A stretch of DNA of 64,000 bases from Selaginella moellendorffii. Its lineage: Eukaryota > Plantae > Lycopodiophyta. Where the stretch lies: positions 1,442,733 to 1,506,732 of the forward strand of contig NW_003314264.1 in the NCBI RefSeq assembly GCF_000143415.4. Reading direction: 5' to 3'. A program made the position numbers and the translations under genes. Below are positions 50,748 through 63,823 of the stretch, one piece after another (positions within the stretch are counted from its first letter, which is position 1; each line of letters starts with the position of its first letter). The notes below the pieces were generated by a model. The model ran no database searches. It had not been told where the DNA came from and worked only from the letters and a program-made list of their open reading frames with translations.

Positions 50748-52580
50748 TCAAGCGCTTTGATCTAGTGTTTGTTTTTCTTTATGAATTTCCCGGACTAGGG
50801 AAGTCCAATGTTCAAATTCTGGAATAAATGGCATATTATCAAAGAGCTCTTTTGCCTCCTCTAAGTTCCCAGCTCTTGCCAAGAGGTCTATCATGCAACC
50901 AAATTCTTGCCTCGTCCAGGCAGTACCATGGTTTGCGCAAATCGACTGGAAGTAGCGTCGACCGGCCATAACATCGCCCGAGTGGCTACAGGCGTTCAAG
51001 ACACTTATCATCAGCACCTCATTTGAATCTAAGCCATTCACACACATGCTCCAAAAGGTGCCAAGGGCATCTCCAATAGATTCTCCAGATTTGGCTTGGA
51101 AAGCTGAATTCTGCACGATGGGACTGTCCTGTTCCAGAGATCTTTCTGAGTTTTTCGTGGCTCTTGATGAGAATCCGGCCTGCCTGAGAGATGTTAGCAA
51201 GACTGTCGTGGAGAAAGAATCGTGGTGCTTATGGTGGAAGAGCTTGAGAGCTTCGTGCTGGTGGTTATTATCAGCGAGTGCTACTGCAAGTGTTGTCAAT
51301 GAAACAAGATCATGCTCAGGCATTCTATAGTTGAAAAACTCCTTTGCAAATGCTAGATCTTTGTTTTGCACAAGTGCTTCCAGCATTACGTTAAGCGAGA
51401 CAAGGTTACGGCTAAGCATTGTGTTAAATGTGGTCTCAGCTTCCAAAAACTGCCCGTTCCGGGCGTACAGTGCAACGAGAGCTGTTGCCGAGAAGAGGTC
51501 ATGGTGCGGCAATTTTGCTAAGATAGAGCTTAGAAAACTAGAATCAAAGTCGGTTTTACTAGCAGAAAGCAAGGTAGAAAAAGACATGGGAGTAATTTCA
51601 GGAATGTAATAAAGTAGATCATTACAACGATCCATATGCCCGGTTCCGGCGTAAACTGCAAGCATAGCGTTCCACGAGACAGAATCTTTCTCGCACAGTT
51701 TTGAGAACAAGTTTTCAGCTTCGTCAACTTTTGAGTTTCTCACATAAACATAAAGCATTGCATTTGATGATATTACATCGTGATACGGCATACCATCGAA
51801 AACGTCTTTCGCTACATCAACTCCGCCACTTTGGGCATATGCTGCAAGGAACAATGTTGTCGACGGGATATCATGCTCCGGCATGGACTCATATATTCTT
51901 CTGGCTATCGCCCTGGATTCATCTTCCTGGAGGTGGAAAGAAAGGAGGAGCGTCCAAGTGATGATATCATGGAGCTCCATCCAGTCAAAAAACGATTTTG
52001 GGACAAAAGAATGCCCGAGAGAGGCAAATTGCTTGACCACAGAGTTACCAGATACAAGATCATACTCTGGAAATCCCTTTAAGAAATCAATCACACTTTG
52101 AAAATCTCTGGATTGCGCAATTGCGTCCAGTATTGAGTTCCACGAGAAGAGATTTCTAGCAGGCATCCCGTCAAAGATTAGTGCCGCATTTTCCAGATAC
52201 CCTGATTGGGCATATGCAGAAACAAATATCGTCCATGAAACCAGACTTTTCTCTCGCATTGAATAAAACATCACGGAAAGAGCCTCCAGATTTTTCTGCC
52301 GAGCGTACATCCCTAGCATCAGATTGAAGGAGACGAGATTCCAGCCGGGCATTCGATCAAAGAAATCAATAGCCTCACTAAATTGCCCGTGCCTAGCAAA
52401 TGCCGTAAGCATCGCGTTCCAGGAGACAATGTTCTTGGCGGGCATCGTATCGAAAACGCTCTTGGCATTGGCCAGGCTCCCATCTTTGGCAAGCGCGCTG
52501 ATCAACTTGTTGTGCCGGGAGACGATATCATCGAAAGAGTTGTGACACAAGAACTCGAAGTTCCTTACCGCTACTGTCAT
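50748..52580 (-). CDS. PLS-class pentatricopeptide repeat protein
   Basis: Intronless 610-aa ORF of tandem ~31-aa PPR motifs, ending VLNACSHSG..FGCMIDLLARAGNLEEAKELFDNMPFIP. Confidence 0.92.
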   Translation of the reverse strand: MTVAVRNFEFLCHNSFDDIVSRHNKLISALAKDGSLANAKSVFDTMPAKNIVSWNAMLTAFARHGQFSEAIDFFDRMPGWNLVSFNLMLGMYARQKNLEALSVMFYSMREKSLVSWTIFVSAYAQSGYLENAALIFDGMPARNLFSWNSILDAIAQSRDFQSVIDFLKGFPEYDLVSGNSVVKQFASLGHSFVPKSFFDWMELHDIITWTLLLSFHLQEDESRAIARRIYESMPEHDIPSTTLFLAAYAQSGGVDVAKDVFDGMPYHDVISSNAMLYVYVRNSKVDEAENLFSKLCEKDSVSWNAMLAVYAGTGHMDRCNDLLYYIPEITPMSFSTLLSASKTDFDSSFLSSILAKLPHHDLFSATALVALYARNGQFLEAETTFNTMLSRNLVSLNVMLEALVQNKDLAFAKEFFNYRMPEHDLVSLTTLAVALADNNHQHEALKLFHHKHHDSFSTTVLLTSLRQAGFSSRATKNSERSLEQDSPIVQNSAFQAKSGESIGDALGTFWSMCVNGLDSNEVLMISVLNACSHSGDVMAGRRYFQSICANHGTAWTRQEFGCMIDLLARAGNLEEAKELFDNMPFIPEFEHWTSLVREIHKEKQTLDQSA

Positions 52581-52916
52581 AGATTAAGGTTGCTAGACTT
52601 ATCCAAATCCTTGCATCTTCTTTACATATTGTGCCTCTTATCGACGATCGATCGATAAACCTTTAATAAGTTACTATACTTTTATAATACATTACCAAAG
52701 ATTAGTTTCCCTAACAAAGATTGTATCAAAGAAATGAACAACTTCATTAAATTAGCATCTGCGTTCTATAAGTTGGTGATCGAATACGGGTCTTATCTTT
52801 GGCAATCAATTTATTCTTAGTTGTGACACAAGAACTCGAAATTCCTTAATCTGGTCTTCTTGTGATCGTCCCAAGCAAAAAAAATCTTGGTAGAGCACTC
52901 AAGGATGGCACTTATT

Positions 52917-55668
52917 TCAAGTTTCATAGACCATGGAGAGCTCGAGAAGGCGCGACGATGGGATGCGAAAGGTGGACACGGCCGAGCGGCAGGAGCTATG
53001 GAGGAAGCGATAGATCTTGTTCACGACCATCCTCTTAAACCAGCTGCGGCTGCCCGTGTGGAGAATGCTGTGACCCACGACGTGAACAGCGCCCCTCCGC
53101 CTCGCAACATCCAGCTCCACCATCTCCATCTCAGCCGCGCACTCCATCACGCAATGCGCCGCCGCCGCCTCACCGCTGCTCCTCCCCTCCAGCTCCTTGG
53201 ACTTCTCCTCGTACTCCGATCGAATGAGGTCCACCAAGCTGGCGATCACTTGATCCACGAACTCCTCTTTCACCATGTCGACGTGATCCAGGTAGCCGTA
53301 GCGAGCAACGCAGCGGTAGAGTCCCTTGACGCCACTGCCACGCGCGACGAACAGCCTCTCGCTCTCCAGCACCGTCTTGACGGGCACCACCCGGATGGTG
53401 AGGAAGATGACCACCTCGTGCAAGGATCCCACCGCTCGCATGTAGTGTCCCATGAGCGGAGGGAGGCCTCCGCCGTGGATGAGGTTGCTGTAGAAGAGGC
53501 AGAGGCCGGGAACTCGTGTGACTTCCAAGCTCGAGCACAAGTTCTTGAAGTCGTGCGAGCTGATCCTGTTCTTGGCCTCGAACTCGTACTTCATGCGCCT
53601 GCCGTAGTTCCAGCTGAGGCTCACCACCACGAAGAAGGACGAGATGGCGAAGGGAACCCAGCCTCCCTTGGCCAGCTTCTCCGCAGTGGATGACAGGTAG
53701 ATCACCTCGACTGCCCCGAAAACGATCAAGAAGAGGATGATCCACAGCACCGATGTTGTCCACACGACGAGCATGACCACGGCTACGAGTGCGGTCGTGA
53801 TGAGCATCACCCAGATCACGGCAACTCCTGTGAAGAAAACATATTAGAACTCCGAGGAGAAATGAAAGCTTTGTTACCGTATGCGTTTCCAATCCCATCA
53901 CTGTCCTGGAAGCCGATCACGACTGCCAAGCAAAGTCCCAGCAGCAGATAGTTCACTTCGGGGGAGTAGATCTGACCCTCTTGGCTGGCTGAAGTATGGA
54001 CCAGCTTGATCCTCGGAAAGCAGCCGAAAGACACCGACTGCTTGAGAACGGAGAATGTCGCTGTGATAAGCGCCTGGCTAGCAACTATCGCTGCCAGAGT
54101 CGCGACTACAAAGACAGGCCAGAACACCGGACTGGGAACTGACTTAAAGAAAGCGTCGATGCGATGTTCTGGGTGTTTGATCAGAAAGGCCGTCTCTCCA
54201 GCGTATGTGATGATAAGAGAGGGGTATACGACGGCTATGAAGGCGATCTGTCCAAGGAAAGTGTGTCTAAGCATGAATTCGATATCTCATTCTTGCACCT
54301 ACTTGAATGGCTTTTATGTTGAAGTGGCCCAAGTCGGCAAACATCGCTTCGGCTCCTAGAGAAGTAGGAAGTTACGCTTGGAAACTAAAGACTCACGTAA
54401 GCAAACAACGAACCTGTGATACAGAGGACTATTGAATTGAGCATCTCCCATCCATGCCTCTTGTTTCTGACAAAAAAGCGGATGGCATAGTGCGGAGACA
54501 AGGCCTTTAGAACCGTCGGGTAGTAATTCATGATGTTGTAGATGCCTATGACAGTCGTAGAAGCGAACCACGTAGCCATGATCGGCGAGAAGATACAACT
54601 CACTCTATGCGTGCCAATGCTTTGCAAGAGAAATAGTGCCGAGATAATCACACAGGAGATGGCGATCACCACCGCTGCATGCACTGTTTAGCGACAAGAA
54701 AACAAGAAGACGCTCACATCTATATACTTTGGCTGATTGCGGGGACTTGAGAGCGAAGTCCACCAATAGATGAAAGAACTGCAAAGAAAAAGGAGAGCAT
54801 CTCACAGTTTCTGGAAAGAAAACTTGTGTACCTGAGATTGCTGGAGTCAAAACACCATCTCCTATGACCATGCAAGTTCCAAAAGTCACGCAAACGAGCA
54901 AAATCTTCTGGGCAATCTCGCTCTTCTCCAGGACCATCTTTGCTCTCGTGTGCACCCTGACACGCTCGGCATCTCCGAAATACGAGAACTCGGAGTCCGA
55001 CTCCAGCCTTCCATAGTGTTTTCCAGCATGCCGTCCAACGTTTGCGTGGCGGCACAGCAAAGAATAGAGCGCAAAAGTTCCACCTAGAACAAAGAGCGTG
55101 TGAAGTTCTTACTTTCTAACATCTCGGAAGAAGTGGAGAGCGTACCTTCGCCATGATCATTGGCATGGAGCACGATGAGCACGTACTTGACAACACCGAT
55201 GAGCGTGAGCGTCCAAAAGATGACGCTCAAAACCCCGAGGTACTCTCGCTCATTTCGCGAATCTATCTGCGCTGTGGGATACACGTAGAGCGGAGACGTC
55301 CCCAAGTCGCCATAGACCACACCGAGGGTCTGATAAGCCAGCCATAGTGTCTCCCGGCAGCCAAAAATCTGAGCAAAAAAGAGAAGAAACCACGCGAGAA
55401 ATCGCCTAACAGAAGAAAGAATCACTCTCCTTACCTCTTGATCCTTGTAGAAGGAGTTAATCCGAGAGCTGAAAGACCTTGAAGTCCTGGAGAGAGACCT
55501 CCTGATATCCGCCTTCGAGGAGAGACGCAGCGGCAGCGGGGGCGGCGACGGCTGGCCTGGATCGTCAAGAACTTGCACGCATTCCTCGAAATCCACGGCG
55601 CGAGCAGCAGCTCGCGCGCCTTGATCTCGATCGGGCGACGATTGGCAAGGATGGGCATTTCCCTCCAT
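52917..55668 (-). CDS. KUP/HAK/KT potassium transporter (multi-exon)
   Basis: [21 protein letters not shown]; ANDHGEG; [13 protein letters not shown]; AIVASQALI; GQIYSPEVN; KLAKGGWVP; YRCVARYGY. Confidence 0.96.
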
Positions 55669-55956
55669 TTCGCGATCGAGATAAAGAATTAGGGTTCTTG
55701 GTGGCCCCTTTATTTATTAAAGGAAGGCCCGACAAACGTTAGTAAGCGTTGACTCACGAGTTTAAAGTGCTTGTCTCATACCACTGAAAACTCGCTTTTT
55801 CCATTTGACAAGTATCATAGATTACATTTTTTGTCAACTCCTAGTTGACTAAAACTTCGAAGAAATCGTCCATCACGAGGTTACAGAGTTTGAAGAGTAT
55901 AGGCTCGAAAGGAGGAGCGATCAATCTCTTGATAAATAGATAGATTCTTAGAGCGC

Positions 55957-58045
55957 TTACACTATGTCCAGTATTTCCTCGTCGCTGGATTTTTGCGTTC
56001 CGTTTAGAATCGTGTATTTCGCTGTGCCAATCTCGATTCCGGACTGGTCTTGCCTGTCTTTCTTCTGAATGTGAGCTTCGTACCTGGAAAAAAAAAACGA
56101 AAAAATCGAAGATGGAACCGAGCGAGCACAAGAAAGACTTACTTGAACCAGTTGTAGAGAGCTACTCCCACAACAATAACGAAGAAGCCGATCCCTTTGA
56201 GCAATGTAAACTCGTCTTGGAAGCAGATGATCGCGGCCTTGAAAGGCAAGATGTGAGCAGTGAATTAGTTTCTAGACGAAATGACGCCGGCTTACCACGA
56301 CGGTGACGACCTCTTTCACCACGCCTGCGACAGTCATTGTGACAGCACTTGTTTTGATGATTAGGAGATACTCTGCAATCACCTGAATCGAGAGGAGAGT
56401 TAGATTTTAAAAAGGACACAAGAGAGGTACCATAAAGAACGCAAGAGTTCCACCAAGTAGCATCAGCATTGTGCTTTCCATGACCCGAGAACGCGAATCA
56501 AACCATGACGTTTCAGCGAGCTCGTGCCAGGGTTCTAGAATGAGTGAGAAGATAGCAGTGATCAGTGCCATTATAGGCGTGAATTGGCTCATTGCCGCTA
56601 AAGGATTGCTCAGACCGTATTCTTCTTTCTGCAGTTAAAAAAAACAACGAGTTTCAGAAAGTAAAGAACAACAAACAAAAGTTGTGCTCCAGACCTGTAG
56701 AAGAAGCTGGGTGACGACCCACCGAAATCCAGAACTTAATGCAGCTAACATGACTAATACAAATCCCGCAAAAATAAAGTGTGTTTCTTGCGCAACTGAA
56801 AAAAAGGGGTCAAAACAGAAAAACCAAAACGAGGAGCACAAAACTCACCAGTTAATAGTACACCGCAAGAGATAATAAATATGATCCCAAAAAGCTTGAA
56901 GCTGGGAGTCTCTAATCTGCCACAAGAAAACATGAGCACGACAACCATGCAACCGGCAACGCTTACTTAAATATGAAAGCAAACAACAAAAGAAACACCG
57001 GCGTCGCGGATTTGCACTGGAAAAAGAATGTTAGCACGTTTGTGAAAAAAAGAAAAAGTAAAATTAAAAAATAAAAAATTCCACTCACCATTGTCGCGAA
57101 CGTAACCGGGATGAAGACGAGGGACGCATTCGTGAGATCCACATCTAGCGCAGTAGCCACGCCGGTAGGAACCACTGTGAACCAAAAAAAGAAACGAAAA
57201 AAAAGGAGTAAACTTTAATGGTTTTGGAATACGAGCGAGCTCACATTACCCCTCACGAAGTAGTCCTTCCATGACATGGAGACGGTCGTCGCCGTCGAAG
57301 GAAAGCAACATCGTAGCAAAAGCGACGATACGATGGCTTGCATAGAGAAGTGTATCGTGTTCATGAGCAGCGGAGCTGGGAACTTGCCATATTTTTTTCC
57401 CAGCAGCAACTTATTGTACCTGGAATGAAGATCGCAAACCATGAGAAGAAAGTGGTAGCAAGATCTTCCAAAGAACAAGAAAGAAAAAACTATGCAAAGA
57501 ACACGAAAAAAAAAAAACCCAAGGAGAGGGTGGAAAACTTACAGTGTGAGGCAAGTGCTAAACGTATACCACAGGAGCACGTAAAACAGCGTCTGGAGAA
57601 CAGTTCTTATCAGCGACGCGGTATCACTGCCATCCCCGGAAGATCGAATTTCGTCCAGGAGCTTCTCAAAGTCGGTCTTCTTGGCAGTGGATTCGCAATC
57701 ACTGGCAACATCACTCCCCCCAAAATCCCTCTCAAATCCATCCACTTTGAGCGCCACAACATCCGGAGCTCCCGCCTCGTAGTGGCTCGATCTCCTCTGG
57801 AAGAGCTCGTGCTGGCTGAAATCGTCTACGCTAGCAAAGGTGAATGCCGCATCCACAGTGGAATCGCAGGCGCTAGATCTACTGGACGACGAATCATCGT
57901 CCTCCCCCCTGGCGCCTGCTCCACAGGCGCTAGCAATCCCATTGGAAAAAGAGAGTACCCTGTCCATTCGACAGCCGGCGCCTAGCGGCAGCTCCTCGAA
58001 GCCCTGGAGCTTGAGCGATTCGCCCAAAGGATTGTCGATCCCCAT
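55957..58045 (-). CDS. Triose-phosphate/nucleotide-sugar transporter family protein (SLC35C2-like; multi-exon)
   Basis: WYTFSTCLTL-YNKLLLG..FPAPLLMNTIHF; VPTGVATALDVDLTNASL; CKSATPVFLLLFAF; SGFRWVVTQLLLQ; GGTLAFFM. Confidence 0.92.
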
Positions 58046-58154
58046 CTTCCCCCCGGCCCGATCACGCCCTTTTCTTGGGCGACCTAACCCTCTGTTTTAA
58101 GTGCCAATCTAACCTTTTGAAATGATTGAGATTTAGGGTTCTTGGGAAGAGAGA

Positions 58155-59134
58155 ATGTGGGCGGGATCGAATTGCGATGTCGCGCTGTGCCAGGGCGCAA
58201 ATTTCTTGAGCTCCAAGACACCCCGCAGCAGCGGCAGCGGTAGCGGCGGCTCTGGTGCGGTCTCCAAGAGCGTGCGCCGGCTGATTCTCTTGCGGCACGC
58301 TCACAGCTCTTGGGCCAATCGATCGCTCAAAGGTAGGGTAATCGCTCGCCCTCGTCTCGTCTCTGGCTGAAAATCGAGATGGAATTGGCTCGTTCAAGAT
58401 CACGAGAGGCCTCTCAGCGGCCGTGGGCGGCAGCAAGCAGCCAGCATCGCGGCCAAGCTCCGGGAATTAGGCTGGCTTCCCGAGCTCGTTCTGTGCAGGT
58501 ATTTCTCTCTTCTTTTCCTTCTAGGCGATTGATTGATTGATCGAAGAGATGATAGAACGATTATATTGATCGACACATCTAAGGAAAAAAATCTTTTTTC
58601 TTATCGCAGTGACTCAACGAGGACTCGAGAGACTCTGGAGATTATCAAGAGACACACTGTTGAGTTGCTCCAGGTCGAGACCCATTTTCTAACGACTTAC
58701 TATTCAGTTGCAGCCATGGACGGCCACACTGCGCAGCATATAAGAGAAACCATTTGCAAATTCGCCAAGGATGACATAGCCACAATCCTGTAAGATCTTC
58801 AAACGCTCGTCTCCCAAAGTTTAGTCATCTTGTTTTCCTTTTGGAGAAACTTTCAGGTGTATGGGACATAACAGGGGATGGGAAGAAGCGGCCAGTATCC
58901 TCTGTGGCCGACCGCTGGAGCTCAAGACCTCCAATGCGGCTCTCCTCGAAGCACACGGTTGTTCGTGGCAAGAGGTTTGTTTTGTCTAAAGTTTTCTCTC
59001 CTTTCGCTCATTCGAGCAAAGCTCTTGTCCAGACTTTTGCTAGCGCCGGCGCTGGCGGATGGAAGCTCAGAGAGATTTTGCAGCCAGCAGCGGTCTCGGA
59101 GTCAAGTAAGCTTGACATAGATTTATTGACATGA
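58155..59134 (+). CDS. Histidine phosphatase superfamily protein (SixA-like; multi-exon)
   Basis: RRLILLRHAHSSW; DHERPLSGRGR; LCSDSTRTRETL; MGHNRGWEEAAS. Confidence 0.9.
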
Positions 59135-59407
59135 GAGAAAGATCCCGGAGAGCGAGAGAGAGATAGACGATTGTAAATTCGTCACCGATAGGAAAAAATC
59201 GGAGACTACCTACTCATTTGAGCTGTTACCATGAAAATCTAAGCGAAGAACTACAGGTTTTTCTTGACAAAAGAAGAAAGCTGAAAACCAAAGAAGCTCC
59301 AGAGTTCTTCCACTGAAAAGAAACGAGCACAAGAGACTTTAGCTTGAAGGAAAGCAAGGATTTGCGAACCTTGTTTGATCTGGAGCTGGAGAGCAGCTAA
59401 AACGCGG

Positions 59408-59707
59408 TCACTTCTTCTTTGCTCCTCCACCTTTGCCGGGAGTGGCGCCTTTGCCTTGATTCGATGCCCCGGCGCTCTTGCGCAGGTTTTTGATCTTGCG
59501 AGTGCACGCAAACTCGCCAAACTTGTGACCCACCATGTCCTCGGTGATCTTCACTCCCAGAAACGTCTTACCATTGTGGATCTGGACCATGAAGCCCACG
59601 AAGTCCGTCAGGATTGTGGACCTCCGCGAGTAAATCTTTGCTCCGTCCACGATGGCCTTGACTGCCTCGTCCACGAACGGACCCTTCCATTTGGACCTCG
59701 GTGACAT
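59408..59707 (-). CDS. rps19: Ribosomal protein S19, organellar (mitochondrial type), nuclear-encoded
   Basis: MSPRSKWKGPFVD..KIYSRRSTIL..HNGKTF..ITEDMVGHKFGEFACTRK. Confidence 0.92.
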   Translation of the reverse strand: MSPRSKWKGPFVDEAVKAIVDGAKIYSRRSTILTDFVGFMVQIHNGKTFLGVKITEDMVGHKFGEFACTRKIKNLRKSAGASNQGKGATPGKGGGAKKK

Positions 59708-59798
59708 TCTCTCCTCGTCAAGAACCCTACACAGTGAAGGAGAGAAATTAAACAAAAATCCAAACTTTAGCTCATCAACATACCTTGAGGAATTTTTT

Positions 59799-62700
59799 TC
59801 ACCGGGGGACTTCGAATCTCTTCTTGCTTCTCCGCTTGTCTGGAACGAGAGTTTCTCATCGAATGCCAGGATTTTTTTCATATACAGAAGACTGACCTCG
59901 GAGAAGCTGGTTGTTGGCTGCCTCGTCTTTCGAGGGTCTCTTCTTGCTGCAAGCTTTCATGAATAGCTTCACGGTTTTCTCGTTCTTGAAGCCCCTGTGA
60001 TGGAGATGAATGCGAGTCACTCAAACGAAGCGAAAAGATGAAGCTATTACCAGTCTTTTGCTATCTCAGACATGTAGTCCTTTTTCTTCTGCTGCTCCGT
60101 CTCAGTAGCATTGCAAGCTGGAGGGTGATCTTGGTGGTTTTCGTGTTGCTGTGGAGGAATAGCAACCTGAAAGAAAAAACGAAAACACAAAGAAATCCAT
60201 GAGGAACTTTAAATGATTGTTCCACCTGGTCCTCTACGCTGTCCGAGAATGTTGGCGTTGTTTGATGTACTGGAGTAAGTTCTTCCGCGTCGATTGGTGT
60301 TGTTCCTGAGCTTTCAAAGTCTAGATCTATCACCATAGCTGCAGGGGCTGCTGCACAAACGGGAGTCTTCGCATTCGCTTCCCAGACCTGTGACTTTTTC
60401 TCCTGTTCCTCTTTAGCGGGATACGATACTAAGTTTGCCTCATCCTGAACAGAGGAACAACAAGAATTAAGACTTGATCAGATCCAATGAAAACCATCAC
60501 CTGATCATAAGTGCGAGTGTCCTCCATGGCAAAGAGAATGCAGTCGATGCATTCGTAATCGATGTCGTCGTCGTCAACGTACTTGATCTTTGCAAGAGCT
60601 TTGTTGAACCGGATCCTGACGTCGTAGCCCCTCCACAGCGCCTGTACCTTTGTCGCGGACTCACGCTGTACACTCTTCAAGGTTCTAAGTCCCGGCAAAA
60701 GTTGAAGACGTCGAACTCTCGAGCCTCTCCACAGTGCTTGTAGCCGGCATACTGATTCATGTTTTTTGTTCTCCCGGAGCTGACGATACTGCTTTCTGCA
60801 GATATGGCCTCTCACAAGCGCTTGGATCTTTGCAGCCTTCACCCAAGGACAAAACACACTTCGTCAGCTGACAGTAAAAAGCAAAGAGAGAACAAGAAGC
60901 AATCACAAAAGCAAAACAAAGAAACAACTGAGCTTAGACGTGTCTACGACCGCTGGCGACTTGATCGAATTCAAATCGCGAGGAACGAACTCCTTTACCG
61001 GATAGAAGTAAATACCTGTAGTTTGAAGTTGTCTATCCAGATATTACGGCCAGTGACAAGAGAACAGCTCTCCGCTTCTTCCTCCCATTCTTCTTCAGAG
61101 TACAAGTCTGTTTCTTCGGGGTCAAGGAGCTGTTCTTCCCAAGATTCCACTTCATCTTCCTCCCATCCTTGTTCCGAGTAAGTCTCAACCTCTTCTGCGT
61201 TGTTTACGTGAGTGCCAAGACTTAGAGTTTCCTCTTCTCGATGCTCGACATGAGATGAAGTTATAGCAGTCCGTCCAGTGTCTAGCTCTTGATGCTCGGC
61301 TGCGCTATTGCTAGAGCTGTCCAGTGAAATTTCTTGATTTTTGGCTGCATGCGTTAAAGATGATGTTCCAGCTCCATCTTGTGATCTTCGAGATTCTGAG
61401 TCTTTAAGCAACTTGTCTCGAGTTTCTGCTTCTTGATACTCGGCTGCCTGCGTACAAGATGGTCTTTCAGCGGCCTCATGCAACCTTTGAGTTCCATTTC
61501 CTTGACCACCGCACGGCGTGTCAGTTTCATCTTGAGAACTACCATCAATCTCGGAGCCAACTATATCCTTGTGACTCGGGACAAGTAGAAGCTTCTCTTC
61601 AGAACTAGCTTCCTCGTCGACCTGTTCTAAGCAGCAACTCTTTTTCGTCTCAAACGTCTCCCAGCTTTTTCTCACTTGATCGAGTTGGACTTCCTCATTT
61701 AGCCTGAGCGAGCCTTCGATCATTTTCGAGTTGCCACCCAAGTTTTCAAGCACACGGCCCCGAAGATCTAGCTTGAAAGCTGCCACTACTTTGCCGTTTA
61801 TAATGATCGACGTTGCTCCCTGGTTTTCCAGCACGCTTTGTCGAGCATGATGAACCAAGGCTAGCTGCGCTCCAACCTGTTTTGCTTCCTTCCCCAAGCC
61901 TTTCCATTTGTGAGTAAGTGGGACGCTGCTTCCAGCCATACTGACGGAAAGCTTAAGAACCTTTCCTATTAGCCGAGAAACTCTCTTCTGCACAATAGCA
62001 GCTCTCTGTTCCTTGGTTGCAAGATTCTCGCAGCTCGGGCCAAGCTTTTGTGATAGAAGTTTGCCAACGTCGTAACCGCTGTTTACTTCACATACTAAAA
62101 CCCGATGCATGTTTTCCACTACTTTCTGTAAGCCGGCAGGAAACTGAGAGACCACCGAGCCAATCCCGAACCTTTCTATGTTTCTTATGCAATCCTGGAA
62201 GATGCTGCATAAGTCGTCTCGAGAAGCCCGTGAAAAATAGTCGTCTATGCTCTCAGGCAAGCAAGCAAGCGCAAGATCCTCAGAGATTGTCGGTTCAACT
62301 TTTAGTGTTTTCACCTCCTCCCTGGTAAGTTCCATCTTTCTGGATTCCTTAAGCATTTTTTCTTCCCCAAGAGCTGTAGTCTTGCTTTCATCTACCTTTA
62401 ATGTCTCTTCAGTCTCACAACTGATCATCGCTTCTTCAACGGCTTTCGAAAAACCTTGATAGCCATGTAAAAATTTTCGCCAGACTCTTCCATCCTGCAG
62501 GGTGGAGACTAGCGTCAAGAGTTTGTAAACTGAAAAACATACCGGATGGGTAGTATGAACAAGATCAAGTAGATTCTTGTGTTCGGCTTCAGAAAGTTCC
62601 TCAATCAACCTGGGACGGTCAATGCATGAGAACCTCGATTGTTAAAAACAACATCTCACTTCAACGCCATTTCTCCTTCTTTTCCAATCTCTTCCAGTTT

Positions 62701-63823
62701 TTTTCGCTGCTCAATCTCCATTTCTTTCTGAGAGACAAACAAAAACGTAGTAAGGACTGTAAGAACGGAGGGAGATTCTTTCTACCTGGAGTGTTATTTT
62801 GTGTTCTTCGATGAAAGCCAGCTCCCTGGTCACATCTTCGTTCTTTTGCTGCCTGCAAGCTTCCTTTCCAATGCGCCTTTCGAGGTCGTTGATCTTGAAT
62901 TCTTGCACCAAACTTCTACGTTGCTGTGCTAGAGAAAATACGGGGTCGTCGAGAAGCATTTCATCCGTCAAATCCTTCCCCTCATTCTCGGAAAACTTTA
63001 CAGAATACTTCGTCCGTCTTTCGCATGTGTCAAGCAAAGCTTTCGCTCTCTCCAAGACACGGCTGCCGTCATCCCCCTTGGAGCACGCATAGCTTCCTAT
63101 GTCGAATAAATTCACATTCGACTCTTCGTGAAGTGACTCTTCAAGATCCTTGAATTTTTTATCTCTGGCTTCCAGCCCTTTAAGAACCTGCTCAAACGGA
63201 TCCTTGTTGGGTTGAGCATCAGAAAACTCAAGCCTCGTACCTGCATAGAAACACTGTTAAGAAAATCAGTGCAAAAAACTTCGATACTGGCATAGAAACT
63301 AATGGAAATACCTCATCTAAAGTTTTCCACACATCTAAATTTACCAAAGAACGCTCGTCATTCAAGAAGAGAAAAGGAAACAAAGAGCATTCCATTCACG
63401 GACACATAAAACGAAACTTTCATCTTAAAATGGCCAGGAAAGCGCTCGTAGCTCGAGAAAAACTCACTAAACTGCGCATACCACAGTGATCTTGAATGAA
63501 ACAAGGAGAGCAATCGAAAAAACACCCGCAATCTACACTAGATTCTTATTTGCTTTGTTGAGCATTCCCTTCACGGACACACAAAACGAAAATTTCATCT
63601 CAGAATGACCAGGAAAGCTTTCTTAGCTCCAGAAAACTCACTAAACTTTCACATACGACACAGGGAACTAGTGATCTTGAATAGCTCCAGGAGAGGATCG
63701 AAACAAAGCGATCAATCAAGAGAAAGCACCCGCATTCTACACTAGAATCTTACTTGCTTCGTTGATCACGTCAAGCATAGCTAAATCCCTGTCCCATTCG
63801 TCGTCATCGTCGTCCTCCTCCAT
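59799..63823 (-). CDS. IQ-motif coiled-coil protein, LRRIQ1-like (multi-exon; exon boundaries approximate)
   Basis: Three IQ motifs (KIQALVRGHICR, RLQALWRGSRVR, KVQALWRGYDVR), then DDDDIDYE and a spliced IAKDW/GFKNEKT C-terminal motif. Confidence 0.7.
63386..63765. repeat. Diverged ~180-200 bp tandem duplication in the first intron of the IQ gene
   Basis: GAGCATTCC.TTCACGGACAC..AAAACGAAA and CACCCGCA.TCTACACTAGA each occur twice. Confidence 0.75.
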
